From: a virus
IMG/VR virus record: IMGVR_UViG_3300000651_000003
Location: 33,309 to 97,308 of that record
Length of the DNA stretch: 64,000 nt
Direction: 5' to 3' (one strand)
The notes under the pieces were generated by a model. That model was given only the letters and a program-made list of their open reading frames with translations. It had not been told where the DNA came from and did no database searches. Shown in pieces: positions 30,057 through 39,909 of the stretch. Within the stretch, counting starts at the first letter, position 1; each line of letters opens with the position of its first letter. The position numbers and the translations under genes were made by a program.

Positions 30057-30320
30057 TCAACCAAGCGCTTTCTGCGATAGCCACTGGGCTGCGCACTGCT
30101 TTCCGCAAAGGTGGCCGTCCGCCATCTGAGGTTGGAATTGTTCGATGTCTGCTGATACTACCACGTCCTGAGTAGGGTTCTTGCCCCACCTAAGAATCAG
30201 TACGCCTACAGACTCTCCTTCTGATTCAATCTCGAATCCTAGCCACCAACCGTTAGTAGGGCTGAGATATTTGGGTTTGCCACAAATATCGCATTTCCAT
30301 GGTTCGTCGATTTTAGCCAT
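30057..30320 (-). CDS. zinc-finger hypothetical protein
   Basis: CDICG...HLCGKQC; AAGGAGG RBS. Confidence 0.6.
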   Translation of the reverse strand: MAKIDEPWKCDICGKPKYLSPTNGWWLGFEIESEGESVGVLILRWGKNPTQDVVVSADIEQFQPQMADGHLCGKQCAAQWLSQKALG

Positions 30321-30840
30321 TGATCCTCCTTTGATTGTAGTAGCGCTGCACTTTGATCCACTCTTTAGCGAATGGGTCGCGGCCCCGTTTCTTCTTTACA
30401 TTCCAGAGATAATCCCATACTTGAGTGTACAGACCACCGTTGTTACGGTCTTCGCAAATCGCCTGCCCACCAGCTACCGAGATTTTCTCTGCGTGTTTGG
30501 CTGACATGTGGTCATCAGCAAATGCACAGCCAAACGGTGATGTCTCATGAATTGTACAATGATTATCTTGGTCGAGAAATTTACAGGTAGTAGTTTGTGG
30601 TAGGCATGCAGGACGCAGGCTGCCAATTCTAAACGGCACTCCTGCTCTGACAGCGATGGCCCCGGGAGTTGCTTCTAGGTGATCCTCAGCATACTTGAAG
30701 GGATCAGTGTAGCCGGCTGCTGCCATCATGCGAGGTAGGTCGCTGGGTACCATGTAGCCCGGGTAGAGCTTACAAAAACGACTGCATCGCCAGCAGTCGC
30801 AAGTAGTACGAGTAAATCCAAACTCCACTCGGTCAACCAT
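30313..30840 (-). CDS. YkgJ-like cysteine-cluster protein
   Basis: CxCxxCxxxC ... CKFL...CTIH..SPFGC. Confidence 0.65.
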   Translation of the reverse strand: MVDRVEFGFTRTTCDCWRCSRFCKLYPGYMVPSDLPRMMAAAGYTDPFKYAEDHLEATPGAIAVRAGVPFRIGSLRPACLPQTTTCKFLDQDNHCTIHETSPFGCAFADDHMSAKHAEKISVAGGQAICEDRNNGGLYTQVWDYLWNVKKKRGRDPFAKEWIKVQRYYNQRRING

Positions 30841-31196
30841 GAAATCTCCTGAGAATGGATACGAGAAAATCCAGCAGCCAGTACGGGTGAAAGTAAAAAC
30901 TAGAAATAACAATTGCCGGCAAGCCGGCTCTGACCGACCAGTGCCAGAGCCAGCCAGCTGTTGTGCGCTTGCGGCGTTTTCCAAGCAGCCAACTCGAACT
31001 AAACACCGTCAAGCGCACAGGGCCAACATAAATGTATGCATGAACTCGACCATCCCATGAGCGAACATGAAAATGCTTCATCTCTGACCTCCCAGCCATG
31101 ATGCCACAAAAATAAGACCTTCGACCAGTACCATGGTAGCCACTGCAACTAAAATGACGATCAAGAACTCACAACCTCTATTCATCTGCGGCGGCA

Positions 31197-31757
31197 TCAG
31201 AACACTCTCCTTATCGCATCCTCTTGGTCTTCCCAAACAATGCCGTCGTTCGGACAAACGGCAATGCGCTCACCCACCATGCCCTTACCAATCTCGAGGT
31301 CGGCTGAGCATCGAGGACAGCAAATCGGCTCCGGCTGGTTCATAATACCTTGGTTGCGTAGCTCGGTTTGGAGTTCCAACTCGGCAGGGTCGTCGGCATA
31401 ATCGAGTGGGTTGAGAAAAGCGTCTGGCTCCGCTGGGTCATTGTAGTTAACCGGGCCAGACAACGACGGGTTCTCTACTACCATCCCCGTGGCTTTGGTG
31501 CTGGCCTTCTTGGGCGTTCCCGGGCTTCCAAGGGCCATGAACTCAGCAACCCGATCGGTTGCCGGCAATGACTTAAGTAAGCCGCTGAATTCGAGTTTGC
31601 GCAGGCAATTCTTGCAGACGTTACCTGTGCCTTTAAAGCCCGTGATGTTGGTTAGGTCAGGTCGGTCGCCATACTGGCATCCGGAACAAAGGTCTCGACC
31701 GCACACTTGGCAAATGAACATATCGCAATGTTCGCAGCAATCTGAAAATCTAGGCAT
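31197..31757 (-). CDS. Cys-rich hypothetical protein
   Basis: Several CxxC pairs; AAGGAGG RBS. Confidence 0.55.
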   Translation of the reverse strand: MPRFSDCCEHCDMFICQVCGRDLCSGCQYGDRPDLTNITGFKGTGNVCKNCLRKLEFSGLLKSLPATDRVAEFMALGSPGTPKKASTKATGMVVENPSLSGPVNYNDPAEPDAFLNPLDYADDPAELELQTELRNQGIMNQPEPICCPRCSADLEIGKGMVGERIAVCPNDGIVWEDQEDAIRRVF

Positions 31758-31770
31758 CTTTCTGTCCTCC

Positions 31771-32055
31771 TTAGGTGTCGTAGTCTCTGGCCTCGGGCAT
31801 TTGCTCCATGTCCGAGTCAGTTAACTTCTCGCCAGTGGCAACTTCCGCCAGAATTACCATAACATCGAAGGCTGTATAACTCATGTTACGATAGCCTTCC
31901 AATACCTGCCCGATTGTCTGAGCGCTGCTGAGTTTTGTAGAAGCATACTCCTCCATTTCAGCAGCATAATCTTTATCCATATCTTCTTCAGCGATTGCAC
32001 GCACCTCTTTGATAAGGCGTTGCTTCAATGCTTCCACATATTCGTACTTCGTCAT
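31771..32055 (-). CDS. acidic hypothetical protein
   Basis: GAGGAGG RBS; ATGA overlap. Confidence 0.55.
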   Translation of the reverse strand: MTKYEYVEALKQRLIKEVRAIAEEDMDKDYAAEMEEYASTKLSSAQTIGQVLEGYRNMSYTAFDVMVILAEVATGEKLTDSDMEQMPEARDYDT

Positions 32056-32294
32056 CTTACCTCCTCAATTTTGTTTTCAGCAAAAAGCTGAATGGAAATC
32101 CAGTCTGAATCTACAAACCACACGCCGTCTAAGTTTTCGCACTCTGGTTCGGGTTGCGGTTCGTCGGGCTCAACTCCTGACTCTCTTATCGCCACACGCT
32201 TGACCGCATCGAGTTCTGAAAATGCATAGACATAATAAACTCGAGGGCCGACTTCCATTCCTGACGCTTCTGTTACGCATGCTAAGTATTTCAT
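32052..32294 (-). CDS. hypothetical protein
   Basis: TGATG overlap with upstream gene. Confidence 0.5.
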   Translation of the reverse strand: MKYLACVTEASGMEVGPRVYYVYAFSELDAVKRVAIRESGVEPDEPQPEPECENLDGVWFVDSDWISIQLFAENKIEEVR

Positions 32295-32941
32295 CACGCT
32301 CTCGCTTTCCGCCACTTGTTAAACTGAGTGGCTGCTGTCGCTGGGTTAATTCCGGCCTTGCTGCAAGCCTCTAGAACCGCTCGTCTAAATGCCGGGTCAC
32401 TCGGTTCATTTTCGAATGTTGGCAGGGCAATCATTTTGTCTGCAAGTGCCCAGACTTGACCAGTCACTCCCTTCATAGGAGCCGCTGGCTGTTGAGCTGC
32501 TTTCATTTCGTCAATTTTGGCCTTGACTTCCGCAGGGCTGAATTCCTTTTGTGGTAGCAAGCCTGCCTTGACTAGGCTTGCCGGGAAGACGAATTTCTTG
32601 CCCTTGGCTCCTTGGGCGATGATCGGACGCTTGGGAGCTTTTGTCCTCAGGCCTAGAATAATAAACTCGTCGCCATGACATACAAAACGTCGCCCGAGGT
32701 CGGTTGCGGCGAGACCATATTGGTAGGCGTAACGTTTGAAGTCCGTCACCACTCCGGTCTCTGCCTGACCCGACTCGCCAATCACTGCCATCTCGAATTT
32801 GACGTTGACATGTGAGGAAGTAAAGGTGGCATTGCCCAGTGTGACCTTAATTCCGAACTCCTCTTCCAAGACGCTCAAGGCCTTCACGATAGAAGGCCGC
32901 ATAAACTTGAGCGTTGGTTTGTCAAATTTAGTTATTGCCAT
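32294..32941 (-). CDS. hypothetical protein with C-terminal HTH-like domain
   Basis: VWALADK...AGINPATAATQFNKW shared with 56548..57321. Confidence 0.6.
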   Translation of the reverse strand: MAITKFDKPTLKFMRPSIVKALSVLEEEFGIKVTLGNATFTSSHVNVKFEMAVIGESGQAETGVVTDFKRYAYQYGLAATDLGRRFVCHGDEFIILGLRTKAPKRPIIAQGAKGKKFVFPASLVKAGLLPQKEFSPAEVKAKIDEMKAAQQPAAPMKGVTGQVWALADKMIALPTFENEPSDPAFRRAVLEACSKAGINPATAATQFNKWRKARA

Positions 32942-33347
32942 TGTTTCCGTCCCTTTCTGCTCTCGCATGCTCGACAATACCGAGCACTTGAGTCAACACT
33001 TCTATTGGCAAAAACTCCCATCGCACCTGCTTAACCTGACCGAGGGCAGCGTTGAACCTTTTTACCTTCTCCAGCCGGGACTTGGTCTCCTCGACAAAAG
33101 TGTTGACCGAGATGTGAGTGCCATAACCACAGCGGCCTACTTGGTCGCCGCTGTCTTTGTAGAACTTCATGCCATTGATGACCAGCTGGGTCGGAGTTAC
33201 TCGCTGGACATGATGTGGCGTTTCGTGGTCATAGCTTATTCCGTAGCGAGTCAGAAAAACTTCGTCGCCTGCTTTGAGCTCATGCATGTTCATGCGATTG
33301 GCTTTTTGCCGTTCGATAAAGGTCATTCCTTGAGTTGACGTAATCAT
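32928..33347 (-). CDS. hypothetical protein
   Basis: ORF track; in operon. Confidence 0.5.
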   Translation of the reverse strand: MITSTQGMTFIERQKANRMNMHELKAGDEVFLTRYGISYDHETPHHVQRVTPTQLVINGMKFYKDSGDQVGRCGYGTHISVNTFVEETKSRLEKVKRFNAALGQVKQVRWEFLPIEVLTQVLGIVEHARAERDGNNGNN

Positions 33348-33465
33348 TTGTTCCTCCCTTTGCGGGCCGTATAAAGGCCGCGGTAACCGTAAGCGTCGTC
33401 TGAAGTCATAGCAACCACGAAGGCTGCCACCAAGTAAATGCCCGAGAAAATGAAAGGTACGTAAA

Positions 33466-34029
33466 TCATGCAGCCCTCCGAATTTCCCGACCGTCGGTCG
33501 TCTCGCAAACCGGATTCAACACCGGGCCGAAAGACTTGACGCATACTGGCCCGATGCCCTGCTCGACTGACTTGGCCGCTTTAAGGTGGCGGTTGCAGTT
33601 GATGCAGCGGCCGTAGAGCGTAATCAATTCCTTGGCTCGTTCGAGGCTCATGCGATCGCTGAGTTTGATGTCGAAGATGCCGCCCGTCTTGGTTGCCCAG
33701 TCACCCTTCTCATACTGGAATTCGAAGTCAACTCGGGAGCCGGCTTCGGTCGTGCGATAGTCGCCATTGAGCTGGACAAAGCGCTTGGCATAAAGCCGGC
33801 TCTTGTCTTCGCGGGTGGCCTTGACCACGTAAATGCGACCGTCAGCCAATTCATAAACGCCCGGCACGAGTGGCTCGGGTTTCCATGCTGGCTCTGCGGT
33901 TGCGATTGGCTCTGGGCAGGTGACGTGAATTGCTTTGGTCTCAGGTGACCAGTCAATCTCGGTACCGGCCGGAAAGGACTGATTGCACTTGCGGCAGTAG
34001 CCCGGGAATTTGCTCGTCATTCGCTTCAT
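33466..34029 (-). CDS. DUF6011-like zinc-binding protein
   Basis: GRCINCNRHL...SVEQGIGPVC motif; GGAGG RBS before ATG 34029. Confidence 0.7.
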   Translation of the reverse strand: MKRMTSKFPGYCRKCNQSFPAGTEIDWSPETKAIHVTCPEPIATAEPAWKPEPLVPGVYELADGRIYVVKATREDKSRLYAKRFVQLNGDYRTTEAGSRVDFEFQYEKGDWATKTGGIFDIKLSDRMSLERAKELITLYGRCINCNRHLKAAKSVEQGIGPVCVKSFGPVLNPVCETTDGREIRRAA

Positions 34030-34074
34030 AACTTTTTGGCCTCCGTAATTTTTGTAGGTGCTCATTACAAAGGA

Positions 34075-34103
34075 ATTATGGGCTTCAAACAGGCAAAATT
34101 CAA
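34075..34103 (-). promoter_or_regulatory. sigma70-like promoter TTGAAT-17-CATAAT
   Basis: Intergenic, upstream of 34029. Confidence 0.55.
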
Positions 34104-34231
34104 CTACAAAAAGCACTCTTGACCTAATTTTCTTCTCCTTTATTTTCAACGATTTAACCCTAGTGAGTAGGGCCGTCTCTATTAAAACGGCCCTATTTGC
34201 CACAAAATCGCCCGCTGGCTGGTCTTCCGGG

Positions 34232-35407
34232 CTAGTCAAGGCTAAGCGCTTCGGTAGGCTCGTCCTCGTCTCCCTTAAAGAATTTACGCTGAGAAACTAC
34301 GATCAATTTGCCCGCATCTTTCTTGATCGTATTGACTGCATCGAAAATGGTCTCGCGCAGAGTAGTGTCTTTGCGAACCTCTGCCGGGTCAACATTCTGC
34401 AAAATGTCTTTTGCTTTCAGACAAAACTTCTTAAGGTCGTTGTCCCCAGTCAGATCGCCGCCAGTCAAAAACATGTTGATGAATTCGACGTACTTCGTTA
34501 TCGACCCACCCATGAACCTCTTTGGCTTGCCCTTCTCGTCCGTGCCAAGCTGAGACAGCAAGTGGTCGTTCAACTCCTGAAATGCTATACGGGCTGCATC
34601 GCGAGCTTCCTGAGCAGCATTCGCGAAAAAGACACCGGCTTTCTCGGACTCCTCCTTGTATATCTCGCTGTCTAGGTCAGACAGCGCAGCTGCAACGTTG
34701 TAGTTGATCCATCGATACTCAACATCGTACTTGAGCCGGATGGTTGCGAACGGTGGGTAGTCAGCAGAGGTGAAAAACGGTCCGCGCTTAGTCTTTGCAT
34801 CCTTGACTACTGCATCCCACTTTTTGCCAAACAGAGTAATCAATTTCTCTCGGTCCTCGATGTACTGTTTGGCTGCATCGGTAATCATTTTCACCTCGGT
34901 GCGTCTCATCAAATACGCACCTTGGAATTTGAGTGGCGACGGAACAACATGGGCCTTGACATAGTTCGTAAATTGCTTGTCTCGTTTCGCAATTGCTTTG
35001 ATGAACTTGCGATCAATCAAGTCCTGCGAGACATGCACCATTGAAGGGTCAGGCTTATGGCCGTTCGAATCCTCCTCGAGGCCCGGCATCGCTCCAACCA
35101 CCTTCTTCGGAAACTCCTGCACGCCGATTTGGGTTTGGGCGTCGGATATCAGTTTCTTCATCTCTGGAGTCAGGCTCGCAATCTCGTCCTCGGACAATTT
35201 GCTGACCACTCGCATAAAGTGTGCTGAGTCAATCGACTTTTTGAAGCCCGGGGTGCCGATATGCAGCTCGAAGGTAGTGGTAAGGTCAACCAGCTTCTTA
35301 CCTGCTTCGGCTTTGTCGAAGCTGGGATCCTCCAAAGCCAGTGCTTCTATTTCTTCCTCCAACACTTCATCAAGCGTAGGTTTTGTTTTCACAGGTTTTT
35401 TGCTCAC
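34232..35407 (-). CDS. DUF3150-like protein associated with AAA+ cluster
   Basis: Helical; F...DYP...IR.KY pattern; last gene of Ycf46-like operon; ends TEALSLD. Confidence 0.55.
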   Translation of the reverse strand: MSKKPVKTKPTLDEVLEEEIEALALEDPSFDKAEAGKKLVDLTTTFELHIGTPGFKKSIDSAHFMRVVSKLSEDEIASLTPEMKKLISDAQTQIGVQEFPKKVVGAMPGLEEDSNGHKPDPSMVHVSQDLIDRKFIKAIAKRDKQFTNYVKAHVVPSPLKFQGAYLMRRTEVKMITDAAKQYIEDREKLITLFGKKWDAVVKDAKTKRGPFFTSADYPPFATIRLKYDVEYRWINYNVAAALSDLDSEIYKEESEKAGVFFANAAQEARDAARIAFQELNDHLLSQLGTDEKGKPKRFMGGSITKYVEFINMFLTGGDLTGDNDLKKFCLKAKDILQNVDPAEVRKDTTLRETIFDAVNTIKKDAGKLIVVSQRKFFKGDEDEPTEALSLD

Positions 35408-35655
35408 AGTACATTCTCCTTTATGAATTTGGTCTCGGCATCTAGTGCCTGTTGTCTAAAATCGAACGGGCCAAGCATTGGACCAGCCACTGGCGACATA
35501 TCCGCATACCACTTGTTGTCTGGCCCCGGTTCGACGTGGCTCGCACGTTTGGTCTCGGCATGACCGAGCTCCATCAAAAACGCTAGGTCGTCGTGGTAGA
35601 TGAATGACAGTACGCCATTCTCATCTGCGCTGATTAGAAACTCTTGTAGTGGCAC
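35404..35655 (-). CDS. small conserved protein of AAA+/DUF1257/DUF2997 cluster
   Basis: RASHVEP...WYADMSPV.GP.LGPF..R..AL.AE. Confidence 0.65.
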   Translation of the reverse strand: MPLQEFLISADENGVLSFIYHDDLAFLMELGHAETKRASHVEPGPDNKWYADMSPVAGPMLGPFDFRQQALDAETKFIKENVL

Positions 35656-35830
35656 GATTGAGTACCTCCCTCTCGTTGTATTCCGGAGTGGTCTCGGTCG
35701 ATGTGACCTTGCCGAGTTTTTGTTCTAAATCCGCAGTCAGGGCGCGACATGCTTTGCCTTTGACACCCTTGACCGAAATGACAGGATTGTCATTGTCATC
35801 GAAGTCCATTAGAATTTCCTGCAGTGCCAT
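35621..35830 (-). CDS. DUF2997 family protein
   Basis: V.GVKGKAC..LT..LE..LG.V.....T.EY. Confidence 0.75.
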   Translation of the reverse strand: MALQEILMDFDDNDNPVISVKGVKGKACRALTADLEQKLGKVTSTETTPEYNEREVLNRATTRVSNQRR

Positions 35831-36291
35831 TAGACGTTCCTCCATGCCCGCATCTGAGGTTTATTTGTTACCGGGTTAATCCTTCTTTCGGTTCTAAAGC
35901 CCTTCCGAGCTGCATCCCGCATACCTACCGCAAGGGCGTATTCTCTCCTGAGTAAGCCGGCGTCCTTGCCAATGGCGGCCTGTAATCCTTGACCGCCAGC
36001 CCAGAAGTCGTAGATCAGTACGTAGCCCGGGCCATTCGGGTTCTTGACCAGACCAACTTCATATGCGTCTGGGTTGCCTTTGACTCGGATTGCATGTTCG
36101 CACTTGCCATAATCCTTCGGGTCGATGCCATGTTTGTATGCGGCATCGTCGCCGTGATAATCATTGACCCACGACCCGAACCACTTGTAGGTCTTCTGCC
36201 CTCGGGCCAACTCGAGGCCGAGAGGCTTGCATGCTTGTTCGGCAGCATCTAAGTCCTCGAAAATTGTCTCTACCGCTGTGACGTGACTCAT
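35830..36291 (-). CDS. DUF1257 (Ycf35-like) protein
   Basis: MSHVTAVET...YEVGLV...Y.L.YD.W...L.REYA. Confidence 0.75.
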   Translation of the reverse strand: MSHVTAVETIFEDLDAAEQACKPLGLELARGQKTYKWFGSWVNDYHGDDAAYKHGIDPKDYGKCEHAIRVKGNPDAYEVGLVKNPNGPGYVLIYDFWAGGQGLQAAIGKDAGLLRREYALAVGMRDAARKGFRTERRINPVTNKPQMRAWRNV

Positions 36292-37817
36292 TGATCCTCC
36301 TTCATAATCTTGCGGCCAGTTGAAATGTTCGTACCCTTGGTAGGTCGAGCGTAGGGACCCGGGAAGCTGGCTGAGTTGTACTTACCAGCAGCTTCACCGC
36401 GAAGTCTATCCAGCCCCTCGCGATCGCTAACGGCCACCGGGATAATGTTGCGAGCTGCTTCGATTAACGTGACACTCTCTTCCCAAGCAGTCTGGAAGCA
36501 TGACTCGATTTCTGCTCCCGTCCAGTCGGTGCTGTCTACTTGGCCCCAGTCATGTAGGTCAACGTCTGGGTACTTCTTGGAGTAAATGTCAACGATGACT
36601 CGCTTCTCGTCTTCGTCAGGAATATCGAAATACCAGATGCCCTTTTTCATCCGGCGTTTCAGCTCGGGCTTGACTACGCGAATGTCGTTCGACGTGCAAA
36701 TGAAAAACGCGCCGGCTGGCCCGGCAATCGCCTTAATGACTTTGAAGATGTCGCGAATCTCGTTCTCGGCCTGACCATACAGCCCCTCGCCTACGGCCCC
36801 ACCAAGGTCAACTTTGAGAGTGATGCAGCCGCATTCGTTGGCTACGGCCTTGGCCGCTACGGACTTCGCGGCCCCCGGGGGTCCGACTAGTAGCATGCCT
36901 GTATACTCGTTGTCCTGCATCTCGCAGAGAATAACGCCAAGGCGGTCGCTGTCAGAAGCATTCGGGCCACCGACTCCTGCCATCGCCTTTTCAATCTCAT
37001 CAATCCAGACAATGAGTTTTGGTTTGCGCTTGCCGGCAATGATGCGATTCCAGCGGCGCTTGAATTCTTCGATACCGCCGATGCCTGAAAACTTCTGACC
37101 GCCTACCCAGACTGACAATCCCTTGGTCTGGGAAATCATTTGCTTCTTGAGATACCACATCTCGTCAATCTCAAGGACATCTTTCGGCATACACATAGCG
37201 GAAGTCTGTTCTGCTTCAAAACCTACCAAACCGCGCAGAGCACTGACTCCGCTCTCGAGGTCTACCTTGTTGAGTTTGACATCTGCGGCCTTGGCTACGT
37301 CGGTAATGATCTGGGCCAGTTGCTTCTCGTCTGGCAATGGTTCGTCAAGCAAAAGAATGTCGTGGGACAGTTCTGGCGGGAATTCGAAGTTGGGGCCGAG
37401 TAAGACCAACGTGCGGCCGCTGTCGCGATATGGAGTTCTCAGATTCCATACAGCTTGAATAAACGCAGCCCGGTCGCCGTACTCCCTTTGGAAGAACGCA
37501 TGAGCGTTGAGCATAAAGAGAATCGGGTTGACAGGTTTGTTGGTGTCTGCGTTGTATGGGAATTGATTGGCAACAACCAGAGAGTCTACTGGGTTGACTA
37601 CGTTGCTCGCCTCGGCTTTGTCAATAACGAGCTGCCCTGCGTCCGACCGGGGACGCATTCCCCTCACGACGTCCCACTGAATAATAGGAACGTCGGTGCC
37701 GTTTGAATTGACCATGGAACAGATGGTCTGCATGGTTAGTTCAGGGTCTAGTGTCTTAATCGCAATCAATGGCGTGCCGACCCTGCGAGCCGCCTTGAAG
37801 TGTTCTAGTAAATTCAT
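36288..37817 (-). CDS. Ycf46-like AAA+ ATPase with Walker B segment before Walker A
   Basis: WIDEIEK precedes GPPGAAKS; CTSN sensor 1; TGAEIE lid. Confidence 0.85.
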   Translation of the reverse strand: MNLLEHFKAARRVGTPLIAIKTLDPELTMQTICSMVNSNGTDVPIIQWDVVRGMRPRSDAGQLVIDKAEASNVVNPVDSLVVANQFPYNADTNKPVNPILFMLNAHAFFQREYGDRAAFIQAVWNLRTPYRDSGRTLVLLGPNFEFPPELSHDILLLDEPLPDEKQLAQIITDVAKAADVKLNKVDLESGVSALRGLVGFEAEQTSAMCMPKDVLEIDEMWYLKKQMISQTKGLSVWVGGQKFSGIGGIEEFKRRWNRIIAGKRKPKLIVWIDEIEKAMAGVGGPNASDSDRLGVILCEMQDNEYTGMLLVGPPGAAKSVAAKAVANECGCITLKVDLGGAVGEGLYGQAENEIRDIFKVIKAIAGPAGAFFICTSNDIRVVKPELKRRMKKGIWYFDIPDEDEKRVIVDIYSKKYPDVDLHDWGQVDSTDWTGAEIESCFQTAWEESVTLIEAARNIIPVAVSDREGLDRLRGEAAGKYNSASFPGPYARPTKGTNISTGRKIMKEDQ

Positions 37818-37845
37818 TTCTCTCCTTTCTTTGAACTGTAAACAT

Positions 37846-38493
37846 TTAGTCACAATCGCAAGACATTGACTCAAAATCGCTGACGATAGTCTCAACCAAA
37901 TCACTGTTGTCGGCCTCTTCAGCTTCGAACTCATGCTCGAACTCCTCGTGGCCCTTGGTGTGGCGATCATCGCCCTTTGCCATTGAGCACTTGCTACCGC
38001 TACCGTCGACTACGCCGCATTCGGCATCTTCATCCTCTGCGCCATCAGGCCAGTCAGCGTTGTCGATTGCCGAGTCAAGTTCGTCAATGAATGAGTCGAG
38101 CGCTTCAACCCGACCTTGCACTAACTCCCCATTCTGCCCGTTCTGAAATGACTCTGGCATGTTGTTGTAATTCTCGTCGAACTCATCCTTGAGAGACTCC
38201 GCATCATCTTTTAAAGACTCAAGGTTGGATTTAAAATCCTCGAACTCCATGTCTCTGCGAAAATCGTCGCAGTAGTCACCCAGTCTCTCGTTGAGTTCGT
38301 AAACTCGACCAATCTGGCCCTGAGTCAGTTCGCTGGCCCGGGGTGAGCAACCCGGAGCCATGCAGCGAAACTGTTTTGCCGAGTTGCGGAATTGCCACGA
38401 CTTATATTGACTGCCGGGCTGAATCTGAATCCCACAATGCCCACATTTGTACTCACCTCGAGTACTCTTAGTCTTGATAACTATTCTAGCCAT
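37846..38493 (-). CDS. acidic coiled-coil protein with N-terminal zinc finger
   Basis: CGHC; NMPESFQ motif; AAGGAGG RBS. Confidence 0.6.
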   Translation of the reverse strand: MARIVIKTKSTRGEYKCGHCGIQIQPGSQYKSWQFRNSAKQFRCMAPGCSPRASELTQGQIGRVYELNERLGDYCDDFRRDMEFEDFKSNLESLKDDAESLKDEFDENYNNMPESFQNGQNGELVQGRVEALDSFIDELDSAIDNADWPDGAEDEDAECGVVDGSGSKCSMAKGDDRHTKGHEEFEHEFEAEEADNSDLVETIVSDFESMSCDCD

Positions 38494-38507
38494 TTTTTTC
38501 TCCTCCT

Positions 38508-38753
38508 TTAGAAGTCCTTGGTGGCTTCTATGTAATTGTCAACGTCGGCCTGAGTGTAGTTGCCTTCGGTCTCTCCCATGGTCTGGTCAATCTTCCGCAA
38601 GGCCCGGCACTTTTCTTCAAGGCTGGCGGTGCCAGTCAGTAGTTGGTGGCATGCGTCGAAAATCGGCATGTCGTGGTAGGCGTTGCCATAAATGACAGCG
38701 GCTTCAATTGATTCGATGTTTGTCGGTATGACTCGTTCTGCTGGGCAGCTCAT
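38508..38753 (-). CDS. hypothetical protein
   Basis: ORF track; in operon. Confidence 0.45.
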   Translation of the reverse strand: MSCPAERVIPTNIESIEAAVIYGNAYHDMPIFDACHQLLTGTASLEEKCRALRKIDQTMGETEGNYTQADVDNYIEATKDF

Positions 38754-38754
38754 T

Positions 38755-39177
38755 TTAGCTTTTCCTTTCTTGGCAGGTCTTGCCATCGAAAACCCATTTC
38801 CATCGGTAGCCGTCTTCACCCATCATGCGAATAAAACTACCGGGGCTGACAAACTTTGCGATCGTCTCGAACATTATGTTCTCTTGTCCGATCTTCTCTC
38901 CCGAGAATTCAATACCAACGACGTTGCCAGTTTCATCAATCTCGACTGGGTAGCGCCAGTCAGCAAAGGCATCCTGAATTCCGGGCCATTGATTTGGGTC
39001 AACATCATTCATCCAAGAAAACCATCTCCCATCTCTCTTTCCGCCAGACCACGACCCAGCGTGTGCTCGTTCGTCATTGGACCCATTACCAAGCGACTTG
39101 AGTGCTTCGAAAACCTGAGGCCTCAAGTCTGCTGGTATGAAAAACTTTTGATCGATCATGCGAATGTGGTATCCCAT
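38755..39177 (-). CDS. hypothetical phage protein
   Basis: AAGGAG RBS; GEKIGQE...IAKFV..GSFI.M.GEDG..W. Confidence 0.6.
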   Translation of the reverse strand: MGYHIRMIDQKFFIPADLRPQVFEALKSLGNGSNDERAHAGSWSGGKRDGRWFSWMNDVDPNQWPGIQDAFADWRYPVEIDETGNVVGIEFSGEKIGQENIMFETIAKFVSPGSFIRMMGEDGYRWKWVFDGKTCQERKS

Positions 39178-39178
39178 T

Positions 39179-39451
39179 TCATTTTCTCCTTTTGGCAGCA
39201 GCCGCTTTGCCAGCTGCAAAGATTTCATCGGCCTGAATGTTGATTGTTGCGGGGTGAACCTTAGTTCCCTCGCGCTGGTAGTGGACGGTCAGCATGTGGA
39301 AAATCATGCTGCGAGAGATTGTCCTCTCTTTATTGTCAGCCAGCAGCCAGCGACGCCCGGGTAAGTGCACCGGCTTTAAGAAACCGGCTTTGCCCATTTC
39401 GGCGATTGCTCGCTCTGCTTCAAATTCGGTTGGGTAGGATTTGTTAGACAT
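39179..39451 (-). CDS. hypothetical protein
   Basis: ORF track; overlap with upstream gene. Confidence 0.5.
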   Translation of the reverse strand: MSNKSYPTEFEAERAIAEMGKAGFLKPVHLPGRRWLLADNKERTISRSMIFHMLTVHYQREGTKVHPATINIQADEIFAAGKAAAAKRRK

Positions 39452-39794
39452 AAAGTTTGTCGTTGACGTAGTCTCGTAATTCCAAAACTGCTCGCTCAGG
39501 AGTAAGCATGTCGTCTGAGTCGGTGCCGTCGAAGAGTTGCTCTCGGAGAAAGTCCTCGATGCCTTCGAGAATGAGTTTGTAGAATGGGTCGGCGATTGCT
39601 TGCTTAGGCTCTATGCCTGCGTCGTAAACCGCTTGGATAGTTTTGCAAAGTGATCGTCGAGTCTCGCCAAAGCCGCCAGTGATGCCGAAGAATGCGAATG
39701 GGCAATTCTCTCTCATTTGTTTAATGAGATTGTCGTCGCTGGGCATGGGAAAAGTTTTGCGAATGAGTTGGTGTAAGTCGTTGGCTGCTGTCAT
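39444..39794 (-). CDS. first gene of leftward operon, hypothetical
   Basis: GGGAG RBS; downstream of leftward promoter. Confidence 0.5.
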   Translation of the reverse strand: MTAANDLHQLIRKTFPMPSDDNLIKQMRENCPFAFFGITGGFGETRRSLCKTIQAVYDAGIEPKQAIADPFYKLILEGIEDFLREQLFDGTDSDDMLTPERAVLELRDYVNDKLYV

Positions 39795-39816
39795 TTTATC
39801 TCCCTTCATGGCTGAA

Positions 39817-39846
39817 ATTATAATACGGCCATAATACAAATTGCAA
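39817..39846 (-). promoter_or_regulatory. leftward promoter TTGCAA-18-TATAAT
   Basis: In the AT-rich divergent intergenic region. Confidence 0.65.
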
Positions 39847-39909
39847 CTCGAAAAAAGTCGAGTCAATACTACCCGTAACTGATTGAAAATAAAGCGGAAA
39901 AAATACCTA

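Noticed and set aside
34058-35563. Plus-strand ORFs (e.g. 34058..34675, 34977..35426)
   Set aside because: Antisense shadows of the minus-strand operon
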